From: Pristiophorus japonicus
Taxonomy: Eukaryota
Assembly (NCBI RefSeq): GCF_044704955.1
Contig: NW_027254534.1
Coordinates: forward strand, 62,001-126,000
Reading direction: 5' to 3'
DNA: 64,000 nt
Below, piece after piece: positions 37,311 to 52,100 of this stretch; within the stretch, counting starts at the first letter, position 1; each line of letters starts with the position of its first letter. The notes beneath the pieces are model-generated. The model had not been told where the DNA came from. It made no database searches and worked only from the letters and a program-made list of their open reading frames with translations. The translations under genes and the position numbers were made by a program.

Positions 37311-40300
37311 CCGGTGCAGCTACAGGGAGAAGGCAAAAAAGAAGTAGAAAGAAACAGAAAGGTGACATCACAGCCAAGGGGGTAAGTGATTGGCTGGTGA
37401 TTGGTGAGTAGTTTTTCGTTTTTCTTTTTTCTCTTCAAAAACAGTGAGTAAACTTTAGCATTGTTGTTGCCTATCTAAGGGTTAAGTCATGGCGGGACAG
37501 CTCGGTCACATGTTATGCTCCTCCTGTACCATGTGGGAACTCAGGGACGACACCAGTGTCCGTGACGACTATATCTGCAGGAAGTGTGTCCAGCTCAAGC
37601 TCCTGACAGACCACGTTGTGGAGTTGGAGCTGAGGGTGGATTCACTCTGGAGCATCCACGATGCTGAGAATGACGTGAGTAGCACGTGTAGCGAGTTGGT
37701 CGTACCACAGGTGAAGGGTCCACAGTCATATAGGGAATGGAAGACCAGCAGGAAGAGCAGTGCAAGGAAGGTAGTGCAGGGGGCCCCTGTGGTCATCCCC
37801 CTGCAAAACAGATACACTGCTTTGAGTACTGTTGAGAGGGATGACTCATCAGGGGAGGGCAGCAGCAGCCAAGTTCATGGCACTGTGGCTGGCTCTGTTG
37901 CACAGGAGGGCAGGAAAAAGAGTGGGAGAGCGATAGTGATAGGGGATTCAATTGTAAGGGGAATAGATAGACGTTTCTGCGGCCGCAACCGAGACTCCAG
38001 GATGGTATGTTGCCTCCCTGGTGCAAGGGTCAAGGATGTCTCGGAGCGGATGCAGGACATTCTAAAAAGGGAGGGAGAACAGCCAGTTGTCGTGGTGCAC
38101 ATTAGTACCAACGACATAGATAAAAAAAAGGGATGAGGTCCTACAAAACGAATTTAAGGAGCTAGGAGCTAAATTAAAAAGTAGGACCTCAAAAGTAGTA
38201 ATCTCGGGATTGCTACCAGTGCCACGTGCTAGTCAGAGTAGGAATCGCAGGATAGCACAGATGAATACGTGGCTTCAGCAGTGGTGCAGCAGGGAGGGAT
38301 TCAAATTCCTGGGGCATTGGAACCGGTTCTGGGGGAGGTGGGACCAGTACAAACCGGATGGTCTGCACCTGGGCAGGACCGGAACCAATGTCCTAGGGGG
38401 AGTGTTTGCTAGTGCTGTTGGGGAGGAGTTCAACTAATATGGCAGGGGGATGGGAACCAATGCAGGGAGACAGAGGGAAACAAAAAGGAGACAAAAGCAA
38501 AAGACAGAAAGGAGATGAGTACACGTGGAGGGCAGAGAAACCCAAGGCAAAGAACAAAAAGGGCCACTGCACAGCAAAATTCTAAAAGGACAAAGGGTGT
38601 TAAAAAAACAAGCCTGAAGGCTTTGTGTCTTAATGCAAGGAGTATCCGCAATAAGGTGGATGAATTAACTGTGCAAATAGATGTTAACAAATATGATGTG
38701 ATTGGGATTACGGAGACATGGCTCCAGGATGATCAAGGCTGGGAACTCAACATCCAGGGGTACTCAACATTCAGGAAGGATAGAATAAAAGGAAAAGGAG
38801 GTGGGGTAGCATTGCTGGTTAAAGAGGAGATTAATGCAATAGTTAGGAAGGACATTAGCTTGGATGATGTGGAATCTATATGGGTAGAGCTGCAGAACAC
38901 CAAAGGGCAAAAAACGTTAGTGGGAGTTGTGTACAGACCTCCAAACAGTTGTAGTGATGTTGGGGAGGGCATCAAACAGGAAACTAGGGGTGCATGCAAT
39001 AAGGGTTCAGCAGTTATAATGGGTGACTTTAATATGCACATAGATTGGGCTAACCAAATTGGAAGCAATACGGTGGAGGAGGATTTCCTGGAGTGCATAA
39101 GGGATGGTTTTCTAGACCAATATGTCGAGGAACCAACTAGAGGGGAGGCCATCTTAGACTGGGTGTTGTGTAATGAGAGAGGATTAATTAGCAATCTCGT
39201 TGTGCGAGGCCCCTTGGGGAAGAGTGACCATAATATGGTGGAATTCTGCATTAGGATGGAGAATGAAACAGTTAATTCAGAGACCATGGTCCAGAACTTA
39301 AAGAAGGGTAACTTTGAAGGTATGAGGCGTGAATTGGCTAGGATAGATTGGCGAATGATACTTAAGGGGTTGCAGACCAATTGAACAAGTACTTTGGTTC
39401 AGTATTCTCTAAGGAGGACACCAGCAACCTTCCAGATATAAAAGTGGTCAGAGGGTCTAGTAAGGAGGAGGAACTGAGGGAAATCCTTATTAGTCGGGAA
39501 ATTGTGTTGGGGAAATTGATGGGATTGAAGGCCGATAAATCCCCAGGGCCTGATGGACTGCATCCCAGAGTACTTAAGGAGGTGGCCTTGGAAATAGCGG
39601 ATGCATTGACAGTCATTTTCCAACATTCCATTGACTCTGGATCAGTTTCTATCGAGTGGAGGGTAGCCAATGTAACCCCACTTTTTTAAAAAAAGAGGGA
39701 GAGAGAAAACAGGGAATTATAGACCGGTCAGCCTTACATCGGTAGTGGGTAAAATGATGGAATCAATTATTAAGGATGTCATAGCAGCGCATCTGGAAAG
39801 AGGTGACATGATAGGTCCAAGTCAGCATGGATTTGTGAAAGGGAAATCATGCTTGACAAATCTTCTGGAATTTTTTGAGGATGTTTCCAGTAGAGTGGAC
39901 AAGGGATAACCAGTTGATGTGGTATATGTGGACTTTCATAAGGCTTTCGACAAGGTCTCACACAAGAGATTAATGTGCAAAGTTAAAGCATATGGGATTG
40001 GGGGTAGTGTGCTGACATGGATTGAGAACTGGTTGATAGACAGGAAGCAAAGAGTAGGAGTAAATGGGTACTTTTCAGAATGGCAGGCGGTGACTAGTGG
40101 GGTTCTGTGCTGGGGCCCCAGCTATTTACATTGTACATTAATGATTTGGACAAGGGGATTAAATGTAGTATCTCCAAATTTGCGGATGACACTAAGTTGG
40201 GTGGCAGTGTGAGCTGTGAGGAGGATGCTATGAGGCTGCAGAGCGACTTGGATAGGTTAGGTGAGTGGGCAAATGCATGGCAGATGAAGTATAATGTGGA

Positions 40301-41094
40301 TAAATGTGTGGTAAAAACAGAGAGACGGACTATTATCTGAATGGTGACAGATTAGGAAAAGGAGAGGTGCAATGAGACCTGGGTGTCATGGTACACCAGT
40401 CATTGAAGGTTGGCATGCAGGTACAGCAGGCGGTTAAGAAAGCAAATGGCATGTTGGCCTTCATAGCGAGGGGATTTGAGTACAGGGACAGGGAGGTGTT
40501 GCTACAGTTGTACAGGGCCTTGGTGAGGCCACACCTGGAGTATTGTGTACAGTTTTTGTCTCCTAACCTGAGGAAGGACATTCTTGCTATTGAGGGAGTG
40601 CAGCGAAGGTTCACCAGACTGATTCCCGGGATGGCGGGACTGACCTATCAAGAAAGACTGGATCAACTGGGCTTGTATTCACTGGAGTTCAGAAGAATGA
40701 GAGGGGACCTCATAGAAACGTTTAAAATTCTGATGGGTTTAGACAGGTTAGATGCAGGAAGAATGTTCCCAATGTTGGGGAAGTCCAGAACTAGGGGTCA
40801 CAGTCTAAGGATAAGTTGTAAGTCATTTAGGACCGAGATGAGGAGAAACTTCTTCACCCAGAGAGTGGTGAACCTGTGGAATTCTCTACCACAGAAAGTT
40901 GTTGAGGCCAATTCACTAAATATATTCAAAAAGGAGTTAGATGTAGTCCTTACTACTAGGGGGATCAAGGGGTATGGCGAGAAAGCAGGAATGGGGTACT
41001 GAAGTTGCATGTTCAGCCATGAACTCATTGAATGGCTGTGCAGGCTAGAAGGGCCGAATGGCCTACTCCTGCACCTATTTTCTATGTTTCTATG
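36955..41094 (+). mobile_element. Near-full-length CR1: monomeric 5' UTR, ORF1 (37489-38437, zinc motif and SGNH esterase), ORF2 (APE and RT, ~38515-41002); inactivated
   Basis: CSSCTMWE..CRKC, IGDSIVRG, ITETWL, MGDFN, SDHN, KFADD; ~394-bp deletion at 39372 relative to 57351-57744; several frameshifts. Confidence 0.97.
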
Positions 41095-42257
41095 AAAGGG
41101 ATCAAGGGGTATGGAGAGAAAGCAGGAATGGGGTACTGAAGTTGCATGATCAGCTATGATCATATTGAATGGTGGTGCAGGCTTGAAGGGCCGAATGGCC
41201 TACTCCTGCACCTATTTTCTATGTTTCTATGATACTGTTTCTGTTTCTCTCTCTGTTGCTATACATGACGGTGTGGCACTGTTACTGAGCGTAATATGGA
41301 GACACTGATACCAAGTGTAAGACTAATAATGTGTCTCTTTCCCTCTCTTTCGGTGGTGCTGTACATGAATGTGTGATACTATTATTGAGCGTAATATGGA
41401 GACACAGTTAGGGAGTTTAAGACTGATTCTGTGTCTGTCTCTCTGTCGCTCCCTCTGATAGCCATCTCTGGGTGGTGAGCATGGTATGGATAGTTCACCA
41501 GTTACTGTGATATGTCCCTCATTTTCGGAGGATAGAGACAGACAAAGAGAGGGTGGATGGGCGGTGAACTCATAATTTCTATTTTCACGTTAATCAAACA
41601 TATTTCTGCGTACGAACAATGTAACAACTTAACAGCATATATAGGTTAAGCCAGCCACAGCTGTGATTGGCTCCTGCCCCTGAATCTGGGGAACAGACAC
41701 TGAGGAGCGCCGACCTCAGAGTGTTTAACACTTACTGAGCTGGGAAACTTAAAAAACCCCGAGAATCGGCAGCACAGGCCGAGCGGAGAGGTAACCCTGT
41801 GCTGGGAGCTGTAAATCTGGGATAGTTTGTGCTGTGAATGTGCAGATGTGAACATTGTGTGAGCGAGAGTGTGTTAAAGGGGCGGGCCGGTGAGACTAAT
41901 GTCACTGTGTTTGTGTGTCCGTCTCATCGCCGGATTCCAGAGTCCCTCTTGTATAAAATTCAAAGATTTTCCTGTCACAGGATCACCCTGCTGCCCTGCT
42001 CAGGTCTAAAGTGGGAATTAAACGTTAAGTTTGATGTGATTTCAAATTTCAATCGAAAAACGAAGAAAATGTCCGCAATCGGGTGAGAGAGCGCGATCAG
42101 TGCAGCAATGAAACGGGTTTAAATCTAAATTGCTGCCTTCAATTCGGAGGAAGCTTTCTCGACAACAAACATCCCGGTCTTCGGGACAGAAAGAGGCCAG
42201 TCTGGGAATCTGGAGGGCCCGGGTTGAATTGGAATCGGACAGTTAATGAGGAGAGAG

Positions 42258-42330
42258 AAACACAGAGAGGCTGGAGGGGCGGGGAGCTGACAGCAGGATG
42301 TCTCCGCCCCGTCCGCTCGCTGCCTTTAAG
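42258..42330 (+). promoter_or_regulatory. H1 promoter: H1 (AC) box, GC boxes, TATA-like CTTTAAG
   Basis: AAACACA at 42258-42264, GGGGCGGGG at ~42276. Confidence 0.75.
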
Positions 42331-42408
42331 TTGCTCTGTGCCGCCGCCTCCCGTTTCATTTCTGACCGAGCTCTGACTGTCAGAGAGATTTTTCACAGAG
42401 TCGCGGAC

Positions 42409-43107
42409 ATGACTGACACTGCAGCCGCCGAAACGGCTCCTCCTGCCGCCGCCGCTCAAACCAAGGCTCTCAGCAAGAAGAAGAAGCCAGCTCCCCGCTC
42501 CAAGCCAGCCGGTCCCACGTTGGGCGAACAGATCCTCAAGGTTGTGGCCGATGGCGGCGATCGCAAGGGGATGTCCCTGTCCGCGATAAAGAAGGCTCTG
42601 GCGGCCAAAGGCGTGAATGTGGAGAAGCGCGGGTCCCAGATCAGGTTCAGTATCAAGAGGAATGTGACAAATGGCTTCCTGGTGCAGACCAAGGGCACGG
42701 GCGCCTCGGGTTCCTTCAGAGTCGCTAAGAAGGAAAACCAGGGGAAAGTGGGAACGAAGGTGAAGAAACCAGCAGCCAAGAAATCCCCAGGCAAAAAACC
42801 AGTAGCCAAGAAATCTCCGACCAAGAAACCAGCAGCCAAGAAATCTCCGGCCAAGAAACCAGCAGCCAAGAAATCTCCGGCCAAGAAACCAGCAGCCAAG
42901 AAATCTCCGGCCAAGAAAACGAACACCAAGAAGGCGCCAACAGTAAAAAAGACAGCGAAAGCTGCGGCTGGGAAGAAGGCGACAGCGGCGACGCCCAAGA
43001 GCCCCAAGAAGGCCTCGGGCGCAAAGGTGAAGGTGGCCAAAAAGGTGGAAAAACCGAGGGCCAAGGCCAAATCAGCAAAACCCAAGAAAGCAGCGCTCAA
43101 AAAGTAA
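42409..43107 (+). CDS. H1: Histone H1 (232 aa), replication-dependent
   Basis: [13 protein letters not shown]-tail, globular domain ([24 protein letters not shown]), K/A/P-rich tail; stem-loop at 43143-43158. Confidence 0.97.
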   Translation: MTDTAAAETAPPAAAAQTKALSKKKKPAPRSKPAGPTLGEQILKVVADGGDRKGMSLSAIKKALAAKGVNVEKRGSQIRFSIKRNVTNGFLVQTKGTGASGSFRVAKKENQGKVGTKVKKPAAKKSPGKKPVAKKSPTKKPAAKKSPAKKPAAKKSPAKKPAAKKSPAKKTNTKKAPTVKKTAKAAAGKKATAATPKSPKKASGAKVKVAKKVEKPRAKAKSAKPKKAALKK

Positions 43108-43142
43108 ATAAAAAGTGCAACTTGTAAACATCTGAACCCAAA

Positions 43143-43158
43143 GGCTCTTCTCAGAGCC
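43143..43158 (+). terminator. Histone 3' stem-loop (H1) with downstream purine-rich HDE
   Basis: GGCTCTTCTCAGAGCC-ACCCA, then GAAAAGAG. Confidence 0.95.
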
Positions 43159-43899
43159 ACCCACATTTCTCAGAAAAGAGTTGATCCCCGAATCAAATGA
43201 TCCCTGTCCCGGGGCCGGGCTCAGATTTCAGACAGAAATCATTGAACATGAAGCCAGGATCCCTGGTGACTCGCTGACATTGGCTGCACTCACCCCTCCC
43301 CCAGTGTCTGCAATAAAACACACATTGAGAACGGGATGTCCGGCCCGGACCTCACTAACTGGGGATGTGTTCAGCTCCAGTCTCAGTTCCTGCTCATTGT
43401 CATTTTCAGGGGGAGAGTCTGTGAGACGGTGATACTGGCGGAGATACCCCGCCTCACAACTCAAACCCCAAACACCACATTCTCCAAATCAGCTGGAATA
43501 AGGTGTTTGTAAACTGCTGAACCCTTCTGTGAGAGGAAGTGTGGGGAGATGGAACAAGGTCTGAGATTGACAGGGAAAGGGCTGTATATAGGCGGGAATA
43601 TTCGCGATTGTTAATTGTAACGGGACCTTATTTAAAAGCTTCTGGTTCCTGGAAGCTTTGAATATAAATTCCGAGTCTGTTTCGGTTCTATTGTCGGAAA
43701 ACGGTTTGAAATTGGCGGCTGCAGAAAGCTGGAGGCGGAGCTGGAAGATCAGAGGCCGCTCACTGCTCTGTCTGTCAATCTTGACTGTCTCCTCCCCTTC
43801 CCGCCTCTCTCACTCTGCGCTTTCTCAGTCAGGTCGGCTCCGGCTCTATAAAAAGGAGCCGGCAGCAGTTCACTTCTCATTCAGCAGCTGTTTGAGTGA

Positions 43900-44223
<324 letters not shown>

Positions 44224-44359
44224 ATAACTCGACCCTTTTCCCCCAATCACAACACAAAGGCTCTTCTAAGAGCCACCCACCGGTTCACAGAGAGAGCAGC
44301 GACCTGGGGATCGGAACGCGGACAGTTGGGTTGGGAAATGGTTTCGGCTGTTTAATTAA

Positions 44360-44640
44360 TGGAAAGAAAGGTTTGGATTTATATAGCGCCTTTCACGACC
44401 ACCGAACGTCTCAAGACATAGAAACAGAAAATATGTGCAGGAGTAGAATAGGCCATTCGGCCCTTCGAGCCTGCACCGCCATTCAACAAGATCACAGCTG
44501 ATCACCCACTCCAGCACCTCCACTCCCCGACCCCCGCCCCCCCTCAGCCGCAAGGACCACATCCAACTCCCTCCCGAACACATCCAATGAACAAGACCAA
44601 TGAAGTACTTTTGGAGTGTAGTCGCTGTAGGAATATGGGA
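44360..44640 (-). mobile_element. DeuSINE 3' tail interrupted by a short CR1 3' end
   Basis: TTTATATAGCGCCTTTCACGACC and CAATGAAGTACTTTTGGAGTGTAGTC flank a CR1 tail at ~44416-44505. Confidence 0.6.
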
Positions 44641-45138
44641 ATTATTAAATATTTTACAACTATTGTAAATATGAGAGATCAAAAATTCCGGCTGACAGTC
44701 ACAATTACTGGGCAGGATACACAGTCCCAGACATTACAGTCTCCCCTCACAGATAATTCCTGTCATGTGCGGTTTCTGTGTGAGAATCGGTTAAATGGGA
44801 CGGCACTGGCGGGATTGATGCGGGACTTTATGTTTACAGGAAGCAGTGACCGGGGATTTATTCCCGCCCGGTACAGACGGATCACGGAATGGAACAGAAT
44901 TCAAACCGGAATGTGACAGAATGGGATTGGTGACTTATAATGGGGCACAATCGCCGTTATAAAGAGCGGGATTCTTAAATTGCTGGCGGGAAATTAGATT
45001 TTATTTAATCTCTGTTGGTTGATATTCTGAAATTGGCGGGCTTTTTGAAATTGACCAACTGTCAGTTTCAGTTCAGCCAATCAGGGCCCAGTAATCCCCA
45101 CCCTTCATTTTCACTCTCGGTGCTTGGTTCAAACTTGA

Positions 45139-45675
<537 letters not shown>

Positions 45676-46372
45676 NNNNCCCCTGCCTCGGCTCGAAGCT
45701 TCAGCACCAAGTGCAACAACGGCTCTTTTCAGAGCCACCAAATCAGCAAAGGAAAGAGCTGCGATCTCCTGTAACCAGAGTTTCGTGTTGTTCATTAACC
45801 TATTGTAGGGACGGGCAGAGGGTGTGGGACTGATTACTGCTCGTGTGTTCATATACCAGCTCAGTTCACATGTGAGTTATTGACGATTAACTGATGAGCC
45901 CTTTAATATTTTCGGAAACTGACATCGGCTTTGCGTCGCTCTGACCCCAAGTTCCCCGGGGCAGAACACAGATTTCCCTATTCGGTGTTGCCGGAGAATG
46001 GGGGCAGGCAGATCTGGGAAGCACTGCAATTGACCCGGATCCTGTATGTGTTGTGCAGTGCGGTCTAAACTGACCGGCTTAGCAGAGAAATAAAGAGCCC
46101 GGGAACGGCCGGAGCTCCCGAGAACGAAACCAGCATTCAAACTATCTCAAACCAGACCAGAATTAAACTAGGCCCTTTTATTACTACATTAATTCATCAT
46201 CGCCGACTCTCTCGTTTTCAGACAGATTAAAGAATATTTAAAGAACCGGTGGCGGTATTTATACAATTGTTGAGTGACAACTGTAGTTCAATTATTCGCT
46301 GTTAACGGCAAGAGTGTATGTGTGAGCAGAGAACCGTACTGCAGAGACCGTGAACTGAAAACTCCCGCATAC

Positions 46373-46637
46373 GGATAAGGGGTAAGCCATTTAGGACTGA
46401 GAGGAGAAACTTATTCACTCATAGTTGTTAACCTGTGGAATTCCCTACCGCAGAGAGTTGTTGATGCCAGTTCGTTAGATATATTCAAGAGGGAGTTAGA
46501 TGTGGCCCTTATGGCTAAAGGGATATTGAAAGAAAGCAGAAAAGGGGTACTGAGGGAATAATCAGCCATGATCTTCTTGAATGGTGGTGCAGGCTCGAAG
46601 GGCCGAATGGCCGCCTCCTGCACCTATTTTCTATGTT
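46373..46637 (+). mobile_element. CR1 3' end with 3-bp TSD (TAC)
   Basis: Empty paralogous site CCCGCATACAGGTCT at ~49894. Confidence 0.9.
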
Positions 46638-46777
46638 TACAGGTCTAAAACAGGCCAATCTATCGGTACATGAATTAAAGGTCTCTGACTCCATTAAGAC
46701 AGTAAGCAGCCCTTTCACAGATCCTGTGGGTGGCTCTGAAAAGAGCCTTTGGGTTATTAGATTAAATCTTGTCCGCT

Positions 46778-47281
<504 letters not shown>

Positions 47282-48126
47282 TCATTGGTCTTTTCCGCTG
47301 ACCAATCACCGTCTGCTTCGCCTGCCAATGAAAAGAGGGCGAAAATTACTGTTCGACTTCCAACGAATCTTCAATTTCAAAAACCCCGCCAATAATTTTT
47401 ACAATGCGGATTATGTTAATAAATTCACCATTAGCCAAAGATTTCCAAACACTTTTTATTTCCTTTTGCCGTATTCCATATTACCTTCAAAATTCCAGGA
47501 TGTTACAATCAGGTTTAAATTCGGGTTCAGTTTCATACGTTCTGTAACGGGACACATTCCAGCTCAATCTTTGTACAATTTGGGAATCACAGATCATGGA
47601 TCGATCCTCCGCACAGGCGGGATTGAGACCAGAACTGGGAGTTCTTCTGTGAAAAGAGAAGAGGGACACAGGATTCAAACTCCCTGTTCTGGACTCTGTA
47701 AGAACTCCCAGTCTGGGCCGTTGCACTCGGAATCTCGGATTAATAAGCGGGTTGACCCGAACTAGAATTTTTTTTGTATTGTAAAGGGCTTGAGAGAGAA
47801 TGAGGTGACTAAAGTCTGAATTTCACCTCCTAAAACAAGATCATAATTCATTGGCAGGCGGCCAGGGACAGTGTGTGCACTTTACTGGGAGGGAAATTCA
47901 TCAGAGAAGCTAAGGTTGAACCGGACAGTAAAACTGCTTATCTGAGAATTCAAATCTAAATCTACAGCTGGAACTTTAAATGTTGTCAAACACTTGCTCA
48001 GGAAATAACTACAGCAAATTGAATTTAAAGGGTAATGTGTTTGTGCAGCTCTTTCAGAGACGTTGTGGGTGGCTCTTAAAAGAGCCGTTGTGTTTCTGGT
48101 TTGTTGTATCAGGACAGAGTGGAGTT

Positions 48127-48504
48127 TTACTTGGAGCTGGTGTACTTGGTTACCGCCTTTGTCCCTTCCGACACGGCGTGCTTGGCCAGCTCCCCGGGCA
48201 GCAGCAGGCGCACGGCGGTCTGGATCTCCCGGGAGCTGATGGTGGATCGCTTGTTGTAATGGGCCAGGCGGGAAGCCTCACCCGCGATGCGCTCAAAAAT
48301 ATCGTTCACAAAAGAGTTCATGATGCCCATGGCCTTGGAGGAGATGCCGGTGTCGGGGTGAACCTGCTTCATCACTTTGTAGATGTAGATGGAGTAACTC
48401 TCCTTCCTCGACTTCCTGCGCTTCTTACCGCCCTTCGGTGGTGTTTTCTTGATCACTTTCTTGGCGCCTTTCTTGGCAGTAACTGATTTCTTCTCTTCAG
48501 GCAT
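48127..48504 (-). CDS. H2B: Histone H2B (125 aa)
   Basis: MPEEKK..KYTSSK; stem-loop at 48071-48086; TATA, octamer-like ATTAGCAT and CCAAT upstream. Confidence 0.98.
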   Translation of the reverse strand: MPEEKKSVTAKKGAKKVIKKTPPKGGKKRRKSRKESYSIYIYKVMKQVHPDTGISSKAMGIMNSFVNDIFERIAGEASRLAHYNKRSTISSREIQTAVRLLLPGELAKHAVSEGTKAVTKYTSSK

Positions 48505-49000
48505 CGTTTTGTTCAATCCGACGCAGACATGACCTAAACTTAGCTCGGAGCTCGCATTATATAGGCAGCCCCACACTCCGCCCACAGCCCTATGCTAATG
48601 AGGGATGGGTGAAGGCAACGATTGTGATTGGTTCACTCGCTGCGTTGTCAATTTCTATTGTTCTGTAATTCTCTGATTGGTCTCTTTAAACATCCAATCA
48701 GATTTACTGCTCGCCACAATCTCAAATTCTTGAATTAGGTCATCAGTTACATCCCCTCCCGAGCCATATTCTGTTCTTTATCGATCGAGATGTCTACATG
48801 TTCGACAGACATTGACCGGTTTGTAACCGAGATTGTCTGAGGGTCACTTCTGGTTAGGATTTGGGAGTCCTTCTATGAGGCAAAAGGCCCTCACTGTCCT
48901 TCCGCTCTCCTCCCACCGTTTAATTCAACACCTTTCTGATCTGTCACTGCTGTAACTACATTAGTTGTTTCAGTGTTACCTTCACCTGGAATATGCCGTA

Positions 49001-49305
49001 CCTTCTGTGCCGTAAAGGGCCTATTTCCCTTAGCACAGGAGGCATAAATGTAAAGTAATTGGTAGAGGATTTAGAGGGGAAATATCTTCACGCAGGCTGC
49101 GGTCTGAAACTCACTGCCTGAAAGGGTGGTAGAGGCAGAAACCCTCACCACATTTAAAACTACTTGGACGTGCACTTGAAGTGCCGTAACCTGCAGGGTT
49201 ACGGACCGAGAGCTGGAAAGTGGGATTCGGCTGGATAGCCTTTTGTTGGCCGGCACGGACACGATGGGCCGAAGTGGCCTCATTCCGTGTTGTAAGCTTC
49301 TATGA
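49001..49305 (+). mobile_element. CR1 3' end
   Basis: Tail CTTCTATGA; empty paralogous site CCCGTAAATGTC at ~54869. Confidence 0.85.
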
Positions 49306-49467
49306 TAAATGTCTATAATTCTGAAACTAAAAGGATATTCCGTCCATCGTGCATATGCTGATTTAAAACATATAGACCTTGGCGAAAAATATATATCTAT
49401 ACCGAACAAAATGTAAATGAACTGTATCTCCCTCCCTCCCCTCCTCTTCCCCCGTGAGGCGGTGGGT

Positions 49468-49590
49468 GGCACTTAGACGAGCCTTTGCTTTCTGCTTGGG
49501 GGAGAGGGTCGCGTTGAATCCATAGAAAGTGCGGCCCTGCCGTTTCAGAGTATACAGCACATCCATGACAGTGACTGTCTTGTGCTTGGC
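49468..49590 (-). pseudogene. H4: H4 3' fragment with damaged stem-loop
   Basis: [25 protein letters not shown]; hairpin rc GGCTCGTCTAAGTGCC is mispaired. Confidence 0.9.
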
Positions 49591-50033
49591 TGCTTAGTGT
49601 CGGCCTAAACTGACCGGCTTAGGAGAGAAATACACAACCCGGAACGACCGGAGATCCCGGAAACAGAACCAGCATTCAAACTCTCAAACCAGACCAGAAT
49701 TAAACTAGGCCCTTTTAATAACCGCCGACTTTCTTCATACAGCTTTCATTGATAGATTAAATAATATTTAGGGAACCGTTTGCGGTATTTATACAATTTG
49801 AGTCTCTGACAACTGTAGATTAATTATTAGTTGCTAACTAGAACAGTTTGTGTGAGCAGAAAACCATAATGCAGATACCAGGAACTGAAAACTCCCGCAT
49901 ACAGGTCTGAAATAGACCAATTTATTGGTACCTGAAAACAAGGTCTCCATTAATACAGTAAGCAGCCCTTTCACATATATTGTGAGTGGCTCTGAAAAGA
50001 GCCTTTGGGTTATAAGTTTAAATCTTGTCCGCT

Positions 50034-50477
<444 letters not shown>

Positions 50478-51441
50478 TTATACCTTCTGGAGGGATGCAG
50501 GGAGCGAACTTGTGATTGGTCACTCTATCGTGGATTTCATTGGCTGTTTCCGATGACCAATCACAGTCTGTCTAGTCCACCAATGAAAGGAGGGCGGAAA
50601 TTACTGGTTCTCAACAGCCAGAACCTAACGATTTTTTAAATTCAAAAATCCCGCCAATAATTGTTAAAATTGCGGATTATGTTAGCAACTTCACCATTAG
50701 CCAAATACTTTAAAACACTTTGTTTCCTTTTGTCTTATTCCATGTTCCCCTTGCAAATTCCAGCCTGTTACAATCAGGATTAAATTCGGCTTCAGTTTCA
50801 AACTGTCTGTAACGGGCGGGACTCAGTCCCCACTGATTGTGTAACGGGACACATTCCAGCTCCATCTTTGTAAAAGTGAACTTCTTTTCACAGGAGCTGC
50901 TGTGGGAGTGAGACCAGAACCGAGAGTCCTTTTGTAAAAAGAGAAGAGGGACAGGGTGTTCAAACTGCCCCTGTTCTAGTCTCTAAGAACTCCCATTCTG
51001 GGTTGTTACACTGCGGGGAGTCTCGGGTTAATAAACGGACTGAGCGCAACGGAATAAAAAAAACATGTAAAAAGGGCTTGAGTGAGAATGCGACTGAAAT
51101 CGGAGTTTCCCCGCCCCCCAAAATAAATTCGTCGGTAGGCGCTGTGAATGAACGAGTCTGAGAACAAAGGGAAAGCGACCAGGGCCCGTGTTTGTAGTTT
51201 ACTCACTGCAGCAAATTCCAGAGACGCCAAGGTCAAGCCGGTCAGTGAAGCTTTTTATGAGAATTCAAAACTAAATCTACAGCTGGAACTACAAAGGTTC
51301 TCACACACATTTGTTCGGGAAATAATTACAGTAAATTCAGTCTAAAGGGTGATGCGTTTGTGCAGCTCTTTCAATGATGTTGTGGGTGGCTCTTAAAAGA
51401 GCCGTTGTGTTTGGGGTTTGTTGTCAGGACAGCGTGGAGTT

Positions 51442-51816
<375 letters not shown>

Positions 51817-52100
51817 CGTCTTGTTCAGTCAGTTATAGATATGAAGGAAAGTCTGCTCCGGGCTCGTATTATATAGGCAGCCCCACACTCCGCCCACATC
51901 CCTATGCTAATAAGGGATGGGTAAAGGTAACGATTGTGATTGGTTCATTAGCTCCGTTGTCAATTTCCATTGTTCTGTATCTCTCTGATTGGATGTTTAA
52001 AGGGACCAATCAGATTTATTGCTCGCCACAATCTCAAATTCTTGAATTCGGTCATCAATGACATCCCCTCCCGATTTATACTCCGTTCTTTATGTTTCTG

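Larger units (their letters stand above)
36481..41231 (+). mobile_element. Host CR1 3' fragment (36481-36954 plus 41095-41231)
   Basis: ORF 36506.. is CR1 C-terminus; GATGGC / AAAGGGATCAAGGGG rejoin across the insert; second tail at ~41231. Confidence 0.88.

Noticed and set aside
42298-42408. N-terminal extensions of histone ORFs in the ORF track (also H3, H2A, H2B)
   Set aside because: Upstream starts lie in promoter or 5' UTR sequence; canonical ATGs used instead
42456-43166. 236-aa hydrophobic antisense ORF, and other ORFs antisense to histones, ZNFs and CR1
   Set aside because: Shadow frames of biased coding sequence
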